DNA of 64,000 bases from Antedon mediterranea (GCF_964355755.1 NC_092678.1:19113365-19177364); one strand, 5' to 3'; numbered from the stretch's first letter, positions 22,536-37,532 are shown. The notes: generated by a model not told the origin, from the sequence alone. Made by a program: numbers and translations.

Positions 22536-23713
22536 CATGTCGCCCGCTGGTGGGGCTCTTCAACAAATGCTCACAATAATAATCGATAAACCTCGGGAAA
22601 TTGTAGGCTATTTTAATAGCGCCCTCATAATTTGAACCTTAAAATGCATAGTTTTTGAGGTAAGAATTGATGAATCCCTTCATTTCATTGTCTCTATTAT
22701 TTGCATTCTTAGCCAACATTCAATCATAAATTAATTAATCATTATGTGTTTTTCATTTAAAAAAAAACAACTTTACAATACAACCTTGAGCTCAGTTCAG
22801 AATTTATTTTGCAGGTCTATTTTCGATTTTATGGTTCTCCGTTTGACTCCTGCATTTCTTTTATTAATTGTTGTAAATTGTTTGTTCTTTTTATTCGACA
22901 CGTGGGCCCTTATCAATCGTTAAAGATATATTTTCCCCCTACATTTTTTTAATTTTTGTTGTTGTTGAATATGCAATTTCAAATTAACATCAGAGTTATT
23001 CACTTTGACTAAAAACTGGATCGAGAAAAAATTAGTTTCCTGAAAAGAAAATGTAATTTAAAGCACAAACACATTTTTGCTTTTGTCTTTTTATTCGTGA
23101 AATAATTTATTGTTGTTGATTTGTTTTCTACAGATGTGAACAACTTTATTAAAACTGCAAAATGGCCTATTCAAAGTCTGAATTTGTTAATCTATTTTTA
23201 TTCAGGTTTTGGGGGATAATACATCTTTGTTACTGTTTGATTCTTTTTTCTTCTACAAAATGTTAGAAGAAAAGAAACAATTAATATTGGAATTGTTTCA
23301 AAATCTGGTTTAGCAGCGCTTTTCACTGCTGCGATTGACTCTCGCGAAAGGTCACATACAGCAGCGGATGTACTTTCTTGACCTGACACATACGGGTTTT
23401 TCTCCGCGAATAATAATTTCAGAACCATTGAAAATCTGTGTTGTTGGTGCCAAGAAAAGTCCCTACAGTAGATGGGATGAAAACCTGGTAAAACATCGCC
23501 TTTTAGGAATATACAAAACCACAACTGGATAAATATTAGGAGCTGAGGAATTATATGCAAGCTTAAGTGTTGGAAAATATCTCCGGGTTTTAATTTGGGA
23601 TAATTTGGACTGCAGCGACAGCAGCGATATAACAAAGCTGTTTCGCCGGTGCGGTCGTCGCAAGTTGGGCGTATTCTTTTTTTACCATCAAAAGAACAGT
23701 GAACTATTAAAAT

Positions 23714-23831
23714 ATGGGTTGCGCTACCAGCGCAGAAGATAAAGCAGCCGCCGAAAGATCACGGCAAATTGACAAAAATTTAAGGCTAGATGGCGAAAAG
23801 GCTGCAAGAGAAGTTAAATTATTGTTATTAG
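23714..23831 (+). CDS. GNAI: G protein alpha-i subunit, coding exon 1
   Basis: [39 protein letters not shown](G); N-terminal MGC lipidation motif; 118 nt followed by donor GTATGT. Confidence 0.97.
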
Positions 23832-25894
23832 GTATGTATCAGTCGGTTTGAATATTATTTTAAACCGCCATATCAGTTCAGGTTGAATGGTTTTGAATTG
23901 TTTACGAACGACAGGTCACTGATGTCGGGTGATTGTTTTGTGTACCTTTGATAGAATCCGATTCCATATTATAACATTCCACATGTTTTTAAAATGAACT
24001 GTTGATATTAACTAGGCCTACTTTAACCTCATCTCCCTACTACTATCTGTGGGCCTGAGCTACACAACATAATGATTGGTTCTGCTTTAAAAAAAAAATC
24101 TACACAGAACATTCAAACTGGAGGACCATATAACGAACACTGTTCTGGCCCTAGGCTAGTAAACATACATTTTATAGTTATACTGTATACAGTACAGGAC
24201 AGCATACAGTACATGCCAACACTCCTGTTTTGGCTGGGAAACTCGTATTTTAGACTAGTCTACAAAGCATCATGTGATAGGCCTACTGCTTGTCACGTCA
24301 AACATTGAACTCCTTATTTCTCCTGGTCTATGAAATAAGGGCGCTGTTGACTTAAGAAAACGCCACCTTGTTTTTTAAAACTTTTTTTTGGTATGTACAG
24401 TAAGGTTTGGTACAGTATCTTGCAATAGCTGATTGATCAATAATTTGATTTTATTTCATTAGTTAAACAGTAATATTTATTATCATTTATCATCAATCAA
24501 TATTACGAGGTCATTACTTATCTACCAGCTTTCAGATAACAGTGCAAAATATTATGCAAATTGGTTGAGGTTTGAGTTTTCATACAGGCTTTCCGTGCAT
24601 TTGTTTGTATTGGCTACAGTACAATGAAAGCTGTGCTGTTTAGTATTTGACTTTTTAAAAATTAGTATCTGTTATGAAACACTGACCTGTTGCTTTTAAA
24701 TACAGTAGGCATACTGTACTACAGTATTAATTGCTTGCAGTGACAAAGAAACAGATAGTGTGTCCAGTCTGACTGGTACGTACGGTAACTGTTTGATGTT
24801 TTCCCCAAAATACTTAGTATTAAACGTGTTCCAATTACTAAAGGATAGTAATTACAGTAAAATTTTGTATACAAATCTTTTAAATTTAACTGTACCTTTT
24901 TTTAGTGATTTTAAGACACAAAATATGAACAGTACGGAGAATATGTACAGTAGATGGTAAAGCTCGGTCTACTGTATCAAACTTGTTAATTTTATTTTAT
25001 GTTTTTTGGCCACATTGCCTAAAGACAAAATAAATAACTAAATAAAATAATAAACTAGTTTGACTAAAAAAGTGTATGCCCAAATACACAGTATTGAAAA
25101 TTTTGTTTAGCAAAATTGCTATCAAACTTATTTTTTAGTCAAGAAACATAGTTTTGCATTGTATTTTTTGCTACACAATTGTACTGTAAAAATGTGTAGC
25201 AAAAAGGTTGTTTTGTATAGCTTTTTGCTATGCTACACTGGCGAAATTATTCCCTGTAGTGATAATGATGACATCCATATGAGCACATCACATTTGTCAC
25301 ATAATAAAGTTTGATACTGTAGTGTAGACAGAGCTTATTACAATACCTTCATTGCGTTTTAAAAACCTAAAGTTGAAATGTCTATGTACATGATGTGGTG
25401 TACTATGTTCTGTAGTAGTACACTTGTAGTGTACTTAGAATTCATCAGCAACCCACTGGAGTACAGTGCTTTCTTAATAATATTTCAGCAGTTGTTCTTG
25501 GAACAGCATGTGTCTTGACTATCAATGAACAGTCCTTATGTTTCTGTTTGGTCAGTGGGTTTAGGAAATTCGCATTCCCAGTTGGCGTTGTCAAATTATG
25601 CGTGTACAATTACAATGCAACAAGGTATACAATTTTTGTTTGAACTGACGTATCAAGTGAGTTGTACTGATACAGTACATGATTCAATCACTTTTATCTC
25701 GATTCAATGGGGTTTTTCATGGTTTTTTTTTGTTGGTGGTGGTTTTTGGGGGTTTGCTGGGTTTAGCAATACCCTAAATAAAGGGGATTGGTGATGTAGA
25801 ATATTTAAATGTGGTACAGTAATACATTACTGTATGTACTGTACAAACGTCCTACTAAATAACAGTAAAACTACAGAAGAACCCCTCCTTTTGG

Positions 25895-26300
25895 ACATCC
25901 CTATAATTAATGGGACAGCCCTGTAATTAATGGGTCACCCCTGTAATTAATGGGACACCACTATAATTAATGAGATATCCCTATAATTAATGGGACACCC
26001 CTACAGTATAATTATTGGAATACTCCTATATAATTATTGGGACACCCTTATAATTAATGGGACATCCGTATAATTAATGGGATCCTTAAATTAATGGGAC
26101 ATCCCTATAATTATTGAGACACCCCTATATAATTAATGTAACACCCCTATAATTATTGGGGCATCCCTATAATTAATGGGACACCCCAATAATTTATGGG
26201 ACACCCCTATTATTAATAGGACACCCTATTATTAATAGGACACCCTAGTATAATTATGGGACACCCCTATAAATAATTAATGGGTCACCTTTGGGACACA
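25895..26300. repeat. ~21-bp minisatellite (TAATTAATGGGACACCCCTA)
   Basis: About 18 imperfect tandem units. Confidence 0.9.
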
Positions 26301-27714
26301 AGAAAATGTATTCCCCTATCCTTGGAGTTGACCTTACTGTAGTGTTAATTGGAAAGTGTCCCCTTACAGATCCTCTAAATACAGTATGGGTATCCAGGAG
26401 AATGATGGCTTCTTTAACACTATTAATGAAATAGACTTTCAATCTGGTTATGGTTTTTTGTTATTGTGGACCATGCCTTTTTACATTTTACTTGACAAAT
26501 TGTACCGTAGGGCTTATTGTACAGTAACCGCTGCCATTAAAAAAATAATAAGTTAAGAATTGTGTATTTGTGACATTATGTATAGTTATCAAAAAGATGT
26601 GGTGAATTTGTAGCGTTATTTTTTAAAACTTCATTTTATTGTTTTTTACAGTACGTTAATTTGGATCTCATGTTTGCCATAAAATAATAATTAAATTCAA
26701 TTTGAGTAATTATGTAATATTATAATTATACCCACATGTTCCCTTCCAGTGATCTAGGTACAGTAGCTATACATTTCTCTCTAATCTAATGAAATAAATT
26801 AAAATTGATTTTTGGAAACGTACAGTTAGTCACTGAGCAGGTGCATGGAATGCTAATGATATTCTATGCCATAAAGAGTATTAATTATGTTTATTTGGTT
26901 GGATTCTTGGTTTATGTTTCATATACACAGTCCTACAGTACTGTTAGTATGCTGTACCAAAAACTGCTTTCATAAATTTATTTTCATTTATGAATATTTA
27001 TACTGTAGTCTCCAAAGCACTCATCATCCACTTTCTCCAACATTATTAGAGAAAGAACATTATTCTACGGCAGTTACTGAAGTAAACTATTTTATGTCAA
27101 CAGCGCTCGCATTAATAACACTGGTCCGCCAGCCAATGGCCAGTTAAATGCATGGAGGATCAGTTAAATATTCAAATAACATGTCCACTTGGTTGTTAAC
27201 ATTTCAGTAAAATCACCTTTCCGAGGTTACCTTACGAAATCTTTCACACCTGGACTAATGTAAAGAAGATCGATTTTCTGTATCCCATTTTTAGTTTAAT
27301 AAATTTAATGTTCAGGTACAGTACGAACAATATTTTGATTGTTGAGACTCCTGTTCAACAAGGTAAAAGTTATGATGGATGGCAGTCATTAAAAAGAACC
27401 ATCTCTACAATTTGCTACTAAATGGAAACTGTGATTGCAGGTTAAAAGAATTAGTTAATAATTTGACAACAATATCTTGTAAACACCCAAGATTTAATGA
27501 TTTTGCCAAAAAATTAGCTTTTTCTATATTCCATGTCAAAATTATTCTAAAACAAATACTGCCTACTGTACAGTACCTGTACATTTTTTTTGCACTCTTT
27601 TATTCAATCTGTTTATTATTTATTTTTAGCAAGGCTTTATTGATTAACCATGTAAACTGTATTATTTATAGTGACTGAACTTATACATTTCAACAAACTA
27701 AAATCATGTTACTG

Positions 27715-28105
27715 CAGTAACTGCAGTAGAATATGTTTGACATGATCCCTATTTAATATAATAATAATAATAATTTATTTAAACATATACTTTTTTAACA
27801 GCAGTAGTATATTTTTGACATGATCCTTTACTATAATAATAATAATTTATTTGAACATACACTTTTTAACAGCAGGTTAGTATATTTTTGACATGATCCT
27901 TACAGTTACATACTACTGTATTTATAATAATAATAATTTATTTGAACATACACTTTTTTAACAGCAGTAGTATATGTTTGACATGATCCTTATTATAATA
28001 ATTTATTTGAATGAACATACACTTTTTAACAGCAGTAGTATATTTTTGACATGATCCTTACTATATAATAATAATAATTTATTTGAACATACACTTTTGT
28101 AGCAG
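27715..28105. repeat. ~70-bp tandem repeat (TTTGACATGATCCTT...AATAATAATTTATTTGAACATACAC)
   Basis: About 5 imperfect copies. Confidence 0.8.
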
Positions 28106-29773
28106 TGGCACACTTTGATATGAAGGTGCATTCTACAATCAAAATTTACGTGCTGTACTCGCCATATACAGTACAGTAAAGTTTCCAGTAGATTCTTGGA
28201 TTTCATTGTTCAATTGCTAATTTAATATGCCAGCCAGCAACAGAACTTGCCTTGCTAGTAATATTGATCTGACCACATTAGTTTGCATGGTTGATCAATA
28301 TCTGAAAACACAAAACGATGTTAGTTTTAAACAAATTGCACAGAATGTGCTTCCAAATTAAGTGATGGAACATCAATACAGTTTGTGTATAGTCGTAAAA
28401 TTGTCAATTGTTGCTATTTTTAGCATCGTATTAAATGTATTGTTTATTTGCACAATAGTAATATTATTACAATACAAAGCAACTAAACAATGGTAATTTA
28501 CAGTACTATAGAACTTGCTATAGAATGTGTTTAATGTATAACTATAAAACATTTAATTAACAAAAATGAAACTCAATTTGTATCATATAATGTACAGTAC
28601 TGTTTTTACGGCCAAATAAAATAAAATTGTTAAATAGTTTAGCCTGAGATTTAAAATTTTTTTGGATGAGAAGCTTTACACACATACAGTACAGTACACT
28701 TATAATATTATAATTACTGTTTGTTGTTTTTTGTATTTTAAATGTATTGTTGAATGGATGCTAAATGAATAAATAAATAAACATTTAATATTTATTTTCA
28801 CACTGTTCAATAATCAAAGGAAAACAACCAACTGTACAAAAATATATACAAAATATGAAAAAATTGTAACATTTTTTATTGAACACGCTCAATTATATAA
28901 ATTGAATTGATTAAAACCAGTTTAGTGGTACAGCACTGTAGTGTAATTGTACATTTTCAAATTATCACAATGATGTGTTTGTATTTCTGCCTAGCTACAG
29001 TAGGCCTTTCTACAGTGATATACTTTTAACCAGCAGGTTCCTTTTTATGAATTTACTTTTAATTTATTTTAATTATAAAATAATAAACCCAATTTATTAC
29101 ATAGGTAATTTAATAAACATCCAACATTTTATGGTCAACCTCACTTAAGTACGATGCATGGTTTATTATTCACACACAAACATCGGTGGTTAACTTTGCC
29201 TGGTGAATTTTTGGTAGCAAAATTGGTCTAATTATACAGTAGACCATGTTGTGCTTAAAACAATTGACCGATTTCAAACAAATGTACTGTATATGGGTCA
29301 ACTATTGTAACTGTTATTCAGTATGCATGATTTACCATGTGATGTGTAATAATAATGTACTGTTTAATATAGCTAATTAGCAGACAAGATCGTTAATTAG
29401 ATATGCTTCAGCCACTTCATAGGTCATTAACAATTGACAGCTGAAGTGTTTTATAACTCAGTTGACAAATGGAAGAAATTTTATAAACAATAACAGTACA
29501 GTGTTAAACCTACTTCTGTATCTACTCATTTTACTAGCGATTTGCAAATAATTCGCAAATGATAACTGTACTGTATTTCCTGTATTACTGATAGAAGAAT
29601 TTAAGGAGTTTCCCCAAAAAATGAACATTCATGTACATACACACTGTATGCCTTTCATTTAATTTATTTTGTATCAATACCTACAATACAAACGTAGACA
29701 AAGAGCATGGCTTTGGCTTTTAACATTTTTCTGAACCACAATATATCGCTTCCGCTAGCCTAGGGTTCACAAT

Positions 29774-30563
29774 GGGCCTGTTTCTGCTGCAACTGCTCAA
29801 AATACGGTATAAAAATACGGTATAAAATACGGTATTTTTTATACCGTATTTTTTAGTACCCCGTTTCTGCTAACAATACTTCTTGGGTGGTCGTGTTAAA
29901 TTCCATCTTTTTTACCCAAATTGCCATTCATTTATTTGGTCGATAATTAAAAGTCGCAATAAAGGAAGTTTTACGTCTCACTTTCAACAGCCTAGCCCTA
30001 GTGATAGAGATGTTGTGAGAGCACAGAAAACATCGTAATGGGGACAATTAATTCGTTCCCTCCCTGAGTTATTGTATTTTGCAATGTTGTATTGCTTTCG
30101 CAGGCTCTTCAGCTTTGAGTTTACTTGCTTTGGAGACAAGTCTATTCCATACTCCTGCTTTATTTTTTTAGAAATGTCTTTATAAATGACATTTTAGCTT
30201 CCCCACACACATTTATTTAGTAAAACTGTGACGTCTTCGCTCCACATTTTCGCCGAATATATCTATACACGTGTGTAAAGCAGCTGACAGCGACAGAAAA
30301 TAAAAACACGAATGTTGACCTTTTGTCATGTAAAAAAAAAAATACGGTATTTTTTATTGGCAGCAGAAACGGGTACAAAAAATACGGTATAAATTTGTAA
30401 ATACCGTATTTTATCCACAAATTTTGTGGGGAAAATACGGTATACAAAATACGGTATATTTTTTATGAGCGCAGTTTCTGCTGCCAAAAATATACCGTAT
30501 ATATACGGTATTCAAAAAATACCGTATAATATACGGTATTTAGTTGGCAGCAGAAACAGGGCC
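29774..30563. mobile_element. PIF/Harbinger-like MITE with 3-bp TSD (AAT)
   Basis: TIR GGGCCTGTTTCTGCTGC / GCAGCAGAAACAGGGCC, AAT on both sides, and many subterminal AAAATACGGTAT repeats in both orientations. Confidence 0.8.
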
Positions 30564-31130
30564 AATGTGTGCATACTGTAGAACAGAGAGGAGAGATACT
30601 GTATTGCGTGACTCGCCTTTAACATGTTTCTTCGCCTCAAATTAAACATTTGCTATGCTATGTAGTACATTGTTGTAAACGCAATTAAACATGTTGCTAG
30701 ATTGGTTAATGATTAAACCAAATTGAAGGCAGATGCATTAGGCATGGGATCAATTTCAACCTTCCAGTTACCAGTCAGCCACCATTACACCACACATAAA
30801 TCAAACACTGTACCTCATGTAAAATTAACAATGAAAAAAAATAGTCTCGATTTTAGTTTGATATAATTATGTGACCAAACTATGTACAGTAGGCCTACTA
30901 CTCAGGTACAGTATTGTAAAATCACATTATTTTCTATCATATGTTGGCAAAATTATATTAATTTTAATAACAATAATATTATTATAATATCTAATCAATT
31001 ATTATGATTATATCAATGTACAGTAGTTAGTACCACACAGTAAATCGGATCTTACAAAAAATAATTTGTATCATGTAGCGCTTTTACTGTAAAATATTTC
31101 TAATAAATTGTCTGTTTTCTCTTTTTTTAG

Positions 31131-31173
31131 GGGCTGGTGAATCTGGGAAAAGTACAATTGTAAAACAAATGAA
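31131..31173 (+). CDS. GNAI: G protein alpha-i subunit, coding exon 2 (P-loop)
   Basis: Polypyrimidine tract-AG, then (G)AGESGKSTIVKQM(K), then GTGAGT; 43 nt. Confidence 0.97.
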
Positions 31174-32574
31174 GTGAGTATACAGTACAGTAGTATTTTT
31201 TCCTTTTTTTTGTTTTTAGGCTGCAATAAAGTTCCAAAATGGAAAGCTTTGTGCAGAAAAAAAGATCCAGTTTCACGACATTTACCCCATTTATACTACA
31301 CTTACGATTTGCACCAGCCACGGGCCGGCCCTGGATCGCCAATCAGTAAGTGTAAACACACCTAAAAGTTAGGCCAGCCTTGGGCTGGATGCAGATCTGG
31401 ACCACCTCTCAAGTAGGTCCGGAAGCAGCTTTTGCGTGGTAGAATTTGAACCCAGAAACTTGATTTCTACATAAACATTTTTTATTCGGAATTCCATTAA
31501 ATTATATATTCAACGTTTGATTTTGTACAGGTCTGCCAGCAAATGTCCAGTATTAAATGGCCAGTCAATTTCATTTGGGTTTACTAGCCCACGTACGTAG
31601 ACCAGTTATTAAAATAACAGTGTACTGATAACAGTATTGTATGCAACACAAGCTGTTAAAAACATTGATCAAAATCAGCATTAAAAAGTACTGTACTTAT
31701 ATTAAATGTTAAGAGACAGTACCTGTACAATTATTATTATTAATAGAGTTGTAAATTTCTTTTAAAATGGATTTAATTTAATAGTCTCAGGAAGTAGTAT
31801 TTGGATGGTAGGTCAATGCACTCTCTCTTGTCTAAATCAATTACTTTCTTCATTTTAATTAAAGAAAACAAAATCGCCATTATTGCAAAGACCTTTTATT
31901 TTCAGCACAGTCTGTTTCCGGTTACATCATATCTTTTTATGTGCTAGCAAAAATTTACCAATATTACTGTACAGTACATAAAACCTTGCGTTAAATGCCT
32001 GCTTTCTGTTGCAGCAGATCTCTTTCTGTTGCAGCAGGCCTTTCTGTGTGAAATCATAATTAATTTACCATGATGAATAAATTATCCAATTCATTGGCAG
32101 CAGAATCAGAACAAATTTCATATTATTATGATTGTTTTAATAAAATGGAATTATTTATCATAATTACGGTCAATATTAATTAGATGTTGGTGTCTGTATT
32201 TCTTTGTTAAAAAATGTTCGGGCCCACTGTTGTTTAACTGACAGGTTGATAAATGTCTACTTTGGGGAAAAAAAAGTCATACAGTACTGTATGTTAATTG
32301 CAATATTAAAAAATGTTACTGCAGTAGCTGCAGTAAAATTATTTTGATGGTCTTTATTTTAATGATTACTTTATGACTAATCAGAATTTCTTTCACCGCC
32401 TTCACGCTTCAATGCATCAACACCATAAATTATCATAATTTAATCACTGCATGTTTATTCAATGCAAATAAATTGAAATTAAGTTTAATAGCATCTACAG
32501 TTGGTGATTTTAACAATGGTTTATGTGATCATCATATTTTATGATTTTAGTATTAGATATCAGACTGTAATATT

Positions 32575-33024
32575 GGTCCTGTTTCGGCTGTGAAAAAATA
32601 ACTGGTTACTAACCATGTGAATAAATTAACCCTCAACTATTTGGCACCAGAAACAGAAAAAATGTTCAGTAACCGGTTAATGGCAGCCTAAAAATTACAG
32701 TTAAAAACACCCAATCGATTCTGTGTTGGAACGCCATTTAACCGGTTATTGCTGTGCAACTTTTAGCTGCAACGCAAAATAATGTTTTGATTGACAGGCA
32801 CTGACCTTAGTCAACTACTGTACACTGCTGTAACATTTGAATTGACCGCCAGATCCCATTGCATTTTGGGTAAGCTTATATGATTTCCATCGACGACCAC
32901 CCACTGATTTAAACGGTTATTTAGAATCAACAATTGAGCAGAAATGCAGTCACTATAAAAATCATATTTTAAATCTATTTTGAAATAAACTGTTTATTCG
33001 GCGCTATGCATCAGAAACAGACCC
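32575..33024. mobile_element. Older Harbinger-like MITE with 3-bp TSD (ATT)
   Basis: Imperfect TIR GGTCCTGTTTC / GAAACAGACCC flanked by ATT; resembles the 29774 element. Confidence 0.5.
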
Positions 33025-33257
33025 ATTGTGCTGTACTGTAGTTCAAATTATTATTAATGACATTGAATGAATAGCCATTTTGTAACTATTCAATGTTACG
33101 GTTCACTGAACATTCACTGAGCATAAAATGGAAATGTTTAAGGGCCAAAAAAGAAAATCTTACATTCTAGTCAAGTCTCGCAGAATCAAGATTGTTGTTG
33201 CCCTGATGGCAACCAGTGTCTGAGTTTTGGTTGCCCTCTCAACTTCTTGGTGGCCGA

Positions 33258-33377
33258 AATAATCGTATCTGATCAAGACTGAACTGTTCAAAACTGACGC
33301 AAAACATTGTATTTAAATAATCGTATCTGATCAAGACTGAACTGTTCAAAACTGACGCAAAACATTGTATTTAAATA
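33258..33377. repeat. Perfect ~58-bp tandem duplication
   Basis: AATAATCGTATCTGATCAAGACTGAACTGTTCAAAACTGACGCAAAACATTGTATTTA occurs twice. Confidence 0.9.
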
Positions 33378-33887
33378 TTTCACTTGGTTAACCATCGGGA
33401 CTGACAACATTTTTAGTTGCTGTAAATAAATGGTTTCTCGGGACCGAGGGTATTTAAAACCTTACTCATAATAGGCAGAGCCTTTATTTCAAAAACCAGC
33501 TGCCTGAATTAAAAAAATTCAGTTCAGCTATTTGTAATTTATAATAGTACACTACTGTATAATAAATACATTGTGCTTAGCCAAACATACAGTACAGTGA
33601 ATGTCTTAGAACATTGCATAACAGAGTATTGTTATTAAAATGCTGTATAAACAATGTATTGGCACACCTTTAATAGGCAATGCAGGTTACCTTTTAACAA
33701 GTAACTTCCTCAATTCACTCAGGAAATGTACTGTAACCCTTGACCTCTACTAAGTTTCTTTGCACTAAAAGTCCTATCAATCATTGTTTATTATTGTTAC
33801 CAAATCATGTTTTTAATACAAATTCTGTAAAATATTGTAATTAAATATAAACTAAAAAAATAATAAAAAACTATATTATTACCATTA

Positions 33888-34380
33888 CCGTACTGACGTG
33901 GGTATAAGCCCATACTCGGGTATAAGCCCACCCCCGACTTTTGACTAATTTTCATGAAAAATGAGGCACTCGGGTATAAGCCCACCCATTAATTCGAAGA
34001 TCTACAGTGTGTGTCGTAATACATTATTTGTATTTGGCGACGTCCATACACCGAATACACCTACCTTTGATCATAACCAAGCTAGGCTAATATATGCTAG
34101 GCCATATGAGGCCTAGCGGTCCTGTTTTGTTTACACTCCATCACGGTCGAACATCGCTTCACACACGACGACACTCTACACCTCGTGTATTTAGAGGCAA
34201 CGTCGTACACGTAAGGGCGCTCGCTCGCATGGTGGAATACACAGTGTACATGTGCTGTTTTTTACGATCTGCATTTTTGGATCCTCAGGTATAAGCCCAC
34301 CCCCCAAACTTGACGTGATTTCATGTTCAAGGGGGGGTGGGGGGGGGGTAGGCTTATAGTTTATACCCGCGTCAGTACGG
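33888..34380. mobile_element. Tc1/mariner (pogo-like) MITE with TA TSD
   Basis: TA|CCGTACTGACGTGGGTATAAG ... TTATACCCGCGTCAGTACGG|TA, with repeated GGTATAAGCCCA subterminal motifs. Confidence 0.85.
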
Positions 34381-35982
34381 TAATTTTGTTCTGATAATGA
34401 TATTCTACAATATGTTTTTGTACACATTCATAGAGCACAGAAATGAATACTGTATAGTATACAGTATGTGGGTAGATATATTGAATAGGTATGTTAATTT
34501 GTATACCAGATGGAATTCATTTCATAGCCATAACACAAGAACCTCAAGTATTACACAAAACACTATCTTTCCAACATAACATTCAGTTTTCAGGGCCAAA
34601 ATATTGGAACAACTTACCCAACCGAATCGCAAACAAAAAAAAATTTCTCATTTAAGCTATTAAAAGGCATCTGCTGTACAGTATTATCCACATACTATCA
34701 CTGAATCCTAAATAATATTAATTCAAATTTCATTGATATTTTCAATCGGTTTCTTTTGTTGACTTCGTTTTTTTTTTTTTTTTGGATTAAATTGTACCTT
34801 ATTTTTTATTTCTGGCAGCCCTTCAAGTTTTCGCTTTCTGGGTTTCGCCACTCTTATTTTTTTATCACAAACTCTGTAAAAGAGAAATAAAAAAAGAAAT
34901 AAATGTTCTCAAATCCAAAGAAATCCAATGGAAATAGACAGGTTGGTTCGTAAAATACATCATTTTGAGATCAGTATTCATACTTCTACTAGTAGTATGC
35001 TCAACTGTGTAATGTTACAGTAAGTGATACTAGTATTCAGTAGGATACATTATACTTTACAGCCACATCTAGATTACTCTCATTGGCTGATCAGAACAAT
35101 CATTTATCCCAAGGGAAGATTATATAAATTATGGATACAAATGCTAAACTATAAGATATCTTGGTTTGTTTGAAGCCTAATTATCATAATAATATAATTA
35201 CAAATTTATTACAGTATATTTTTTCTGGTCGGCAATGCATAGAATTTTGGAGTGTATTCTTGTTCAAATACTGTAGTTGTCATGGCTTGATTAAAATCTG
35301 ATTTTTGTGTACGTAATTGTTGTGTTTTATCATGGTTATTTTTGTAATTAATTAAAATTGACACCAAATTTCTATATTATTTAAAAAAGAAAAATAATTA
35401 TTAAATAAATGGTCATATTGAAAAGTGATAATGGTATCTTAAAAAAGGAAAAAAAGCAGTTTTATATGAGTACAAGCAAGTCAATGATTATCGAATGAAT
35501 CTCTAAATAAAATACAAACGGTTAAGAACTACAGTATTATGTCATTACACCTATTCCATTGCATCCAGGAAGAGGAACAATTAACGAAAAAAAATAGGAG
35601 CCCACTGCCAGCCACCGCATTGAACTTGAGGTTTCCGGAAAACCAATTCAATCCTTATTTATTTTGTTAAACAAAACATGAGTAGAATAAATGGAACTTA
35701 ATAAAACCTTAAAATAGTAGGAGTCCAGTTAATATCGAATATATATAAATAGAAGAGTTATGTGCAGATCATGGACTGTTTCATTATCGTATAGGGGTGT
35801 TCAACTGAAGATATTCCTCTCTGTGGTGAGAGGTGGCTAATTTTAAGTTTATCCAAGTACTGTACTCACTAAAAACTGGTATACTGTAGTATACCAAGTG
35901 GTTTGTAATCTGTTGTACTGTATAAAAAAAGTAAGCACGATCTTGATTTGATTAAACACTATAGATTTGATTAAACACTACA

Positions 35983-37532
35983 GTGAGTGAGTGGCCGAGC
36001 GGTTAAGACAGTGGAACCGTAATCACGTAGCCATAACATCGGCAGGGGTTCGAGGCTCACTCAGACCTTGATTTAAAAGGAGCGCCATGGCGCTGACGCT
36101 CCTTGGCGCTCCTGAAAACGATCAAAGGAGCGCCTAAAATAGCGCTCCCCAACCTGTTACAGTGCGTCATAAAAATATATATAATGATAAGAATATTAAC
36201 CCCGAATACAACACACAGTCTATATATAGTCGCGCAAACGATCTTTGTTATGGCTACCCCCGATAGGCTAGGCGCGCCTACGATCTTTGATGTTGCGAGA
36301 AAAATATCGTAAACAATTCATTCTAAATATAGTATCAGAACGTTCAATCGGTAGTAGCTCAAAAAGACTGCCGTCAGAAGACCGTAATTATACAGACCTA
36401 GTTTTTTTGGTCACATGGCATGAAACGCGATACTCTCTGCTTGCGCTTTACCGCAACATCTCACATGGTTTTTTTTTAACTCAGGAGGGTGGCTGCCGAC
36501 GATAAACAGTAATTAAGATCGTGTACCTGGATTTTGTGTCACATGACATGAAACACTCTCTCTGATAACTGCTCTAATGTTTTCCCCTCCAAATTCTGGT
36601 CGGCCCTTTTCTTATACACATGTCGCCTTTATGTTAAATCTTATAGTAATTAATATGGAATATATATTTATTTTGCATATATTTTGTTGGTGTCCTAGCC
36701 TAGGTGTCGTTTTTATAATTCGCTAACCCAAGGTAGGATTAAATAATTTATAGTGTAGGCCGCCGAAACTAGACTAGGCCTAGATAGATAGCCTCAACTC
36801 TCTCTCTCTGCGTGAGCTGAGAGGTCCACGGACCCGATGTCGTCTCGTCGGCGGATTTCCGTCCAAATTAGGATAACCGATGCGTAGGCCTAGCTAGGGT
36901 GGCTACAAAAATTGACGTCTACTATCTTTAGATAGGATTTTAATTAGCAAACAATACATTGTTTGTTTGCATTGTCCATGCTTCTAAAGTAAAGGCGATG
37001 ACAATGGTGTTTACTAACCCTACGAACCACCCTACGATCGACGCGTAGATAATTTAATAATCATAACAATACATCGTAGACTACGTTCAGAGAACAATGA
37101 CCTACGATTAATTTTACGTGCGAGAGTACCATTTCCGGCCATCTAGAGGTGTCATTTATCAAAATTCGGATCGCCACAGGCCCAACCATGGTGGGCCTGT
37201 GCCTCGAATACTTAATCAAAATAATGGCTCTCCTCAACATATTGAGGAGAGCCATTAGGAGCTCTCCTCTTATATTTATAAATCAAGGTCTGCTCACTCA
37301 CTCCATGGTTCTGGTGGTAGAACGAGTCTTCTCGGATAAGGACTATAAACCGTAGGTCCAGTGTACACAACTTGCTCGTGTGCACTTTAAAGAACCTAGT
37401 ACATCTTTCGAGACGAGTAGGGGGTTACCCCGGTGTATTAGTACATCCCTGCCACTGATCACCAACTGGGCCCTCTGGGAGATCAGTCTTTGACTGAAGA
37501 GGTCACCCAGTATAAAGATAAAACAAACAAAC
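35983..37532 (+). mobile_element. tRNA-derived SINE split by a DNA transposon insertion
   Basis: Head TGGCCGAGCGGTTAAGAC...GGTTCGAG (35983-36061). The body resumes at ~37293 (CTCGGATAAGGACTATAAACCGTAGGTCC...GCACTTTAAAGAACC) and ends in an (AAAC)n tail. Confidence 0.85.
36062..37292. mobile_element. 1.2-kb non-autonomous DNA transposon inside the SINE
   Basis: TIR CAGACCTTGATTTA / TAAATCAAGGTCTG. Flanking duplication CTCACT (or GCTCACTC if the termini are 1 nt shorter). Subterminal GGAGCGCC/GGAGAGCC repeats. Confidence 0.85.

Noticed and set aside
23198-23663. Antisense ORFs over the GNAI promoter/5' UTR
   Set aside because: No recognisable protein features; likely chance ORFs in a GC-richer promoter region.
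35983-36061. tRNA gene
   Set aside because: It has A/B boxes but no complete cloverleaf, and it continues into a SINE body found three times in the window.
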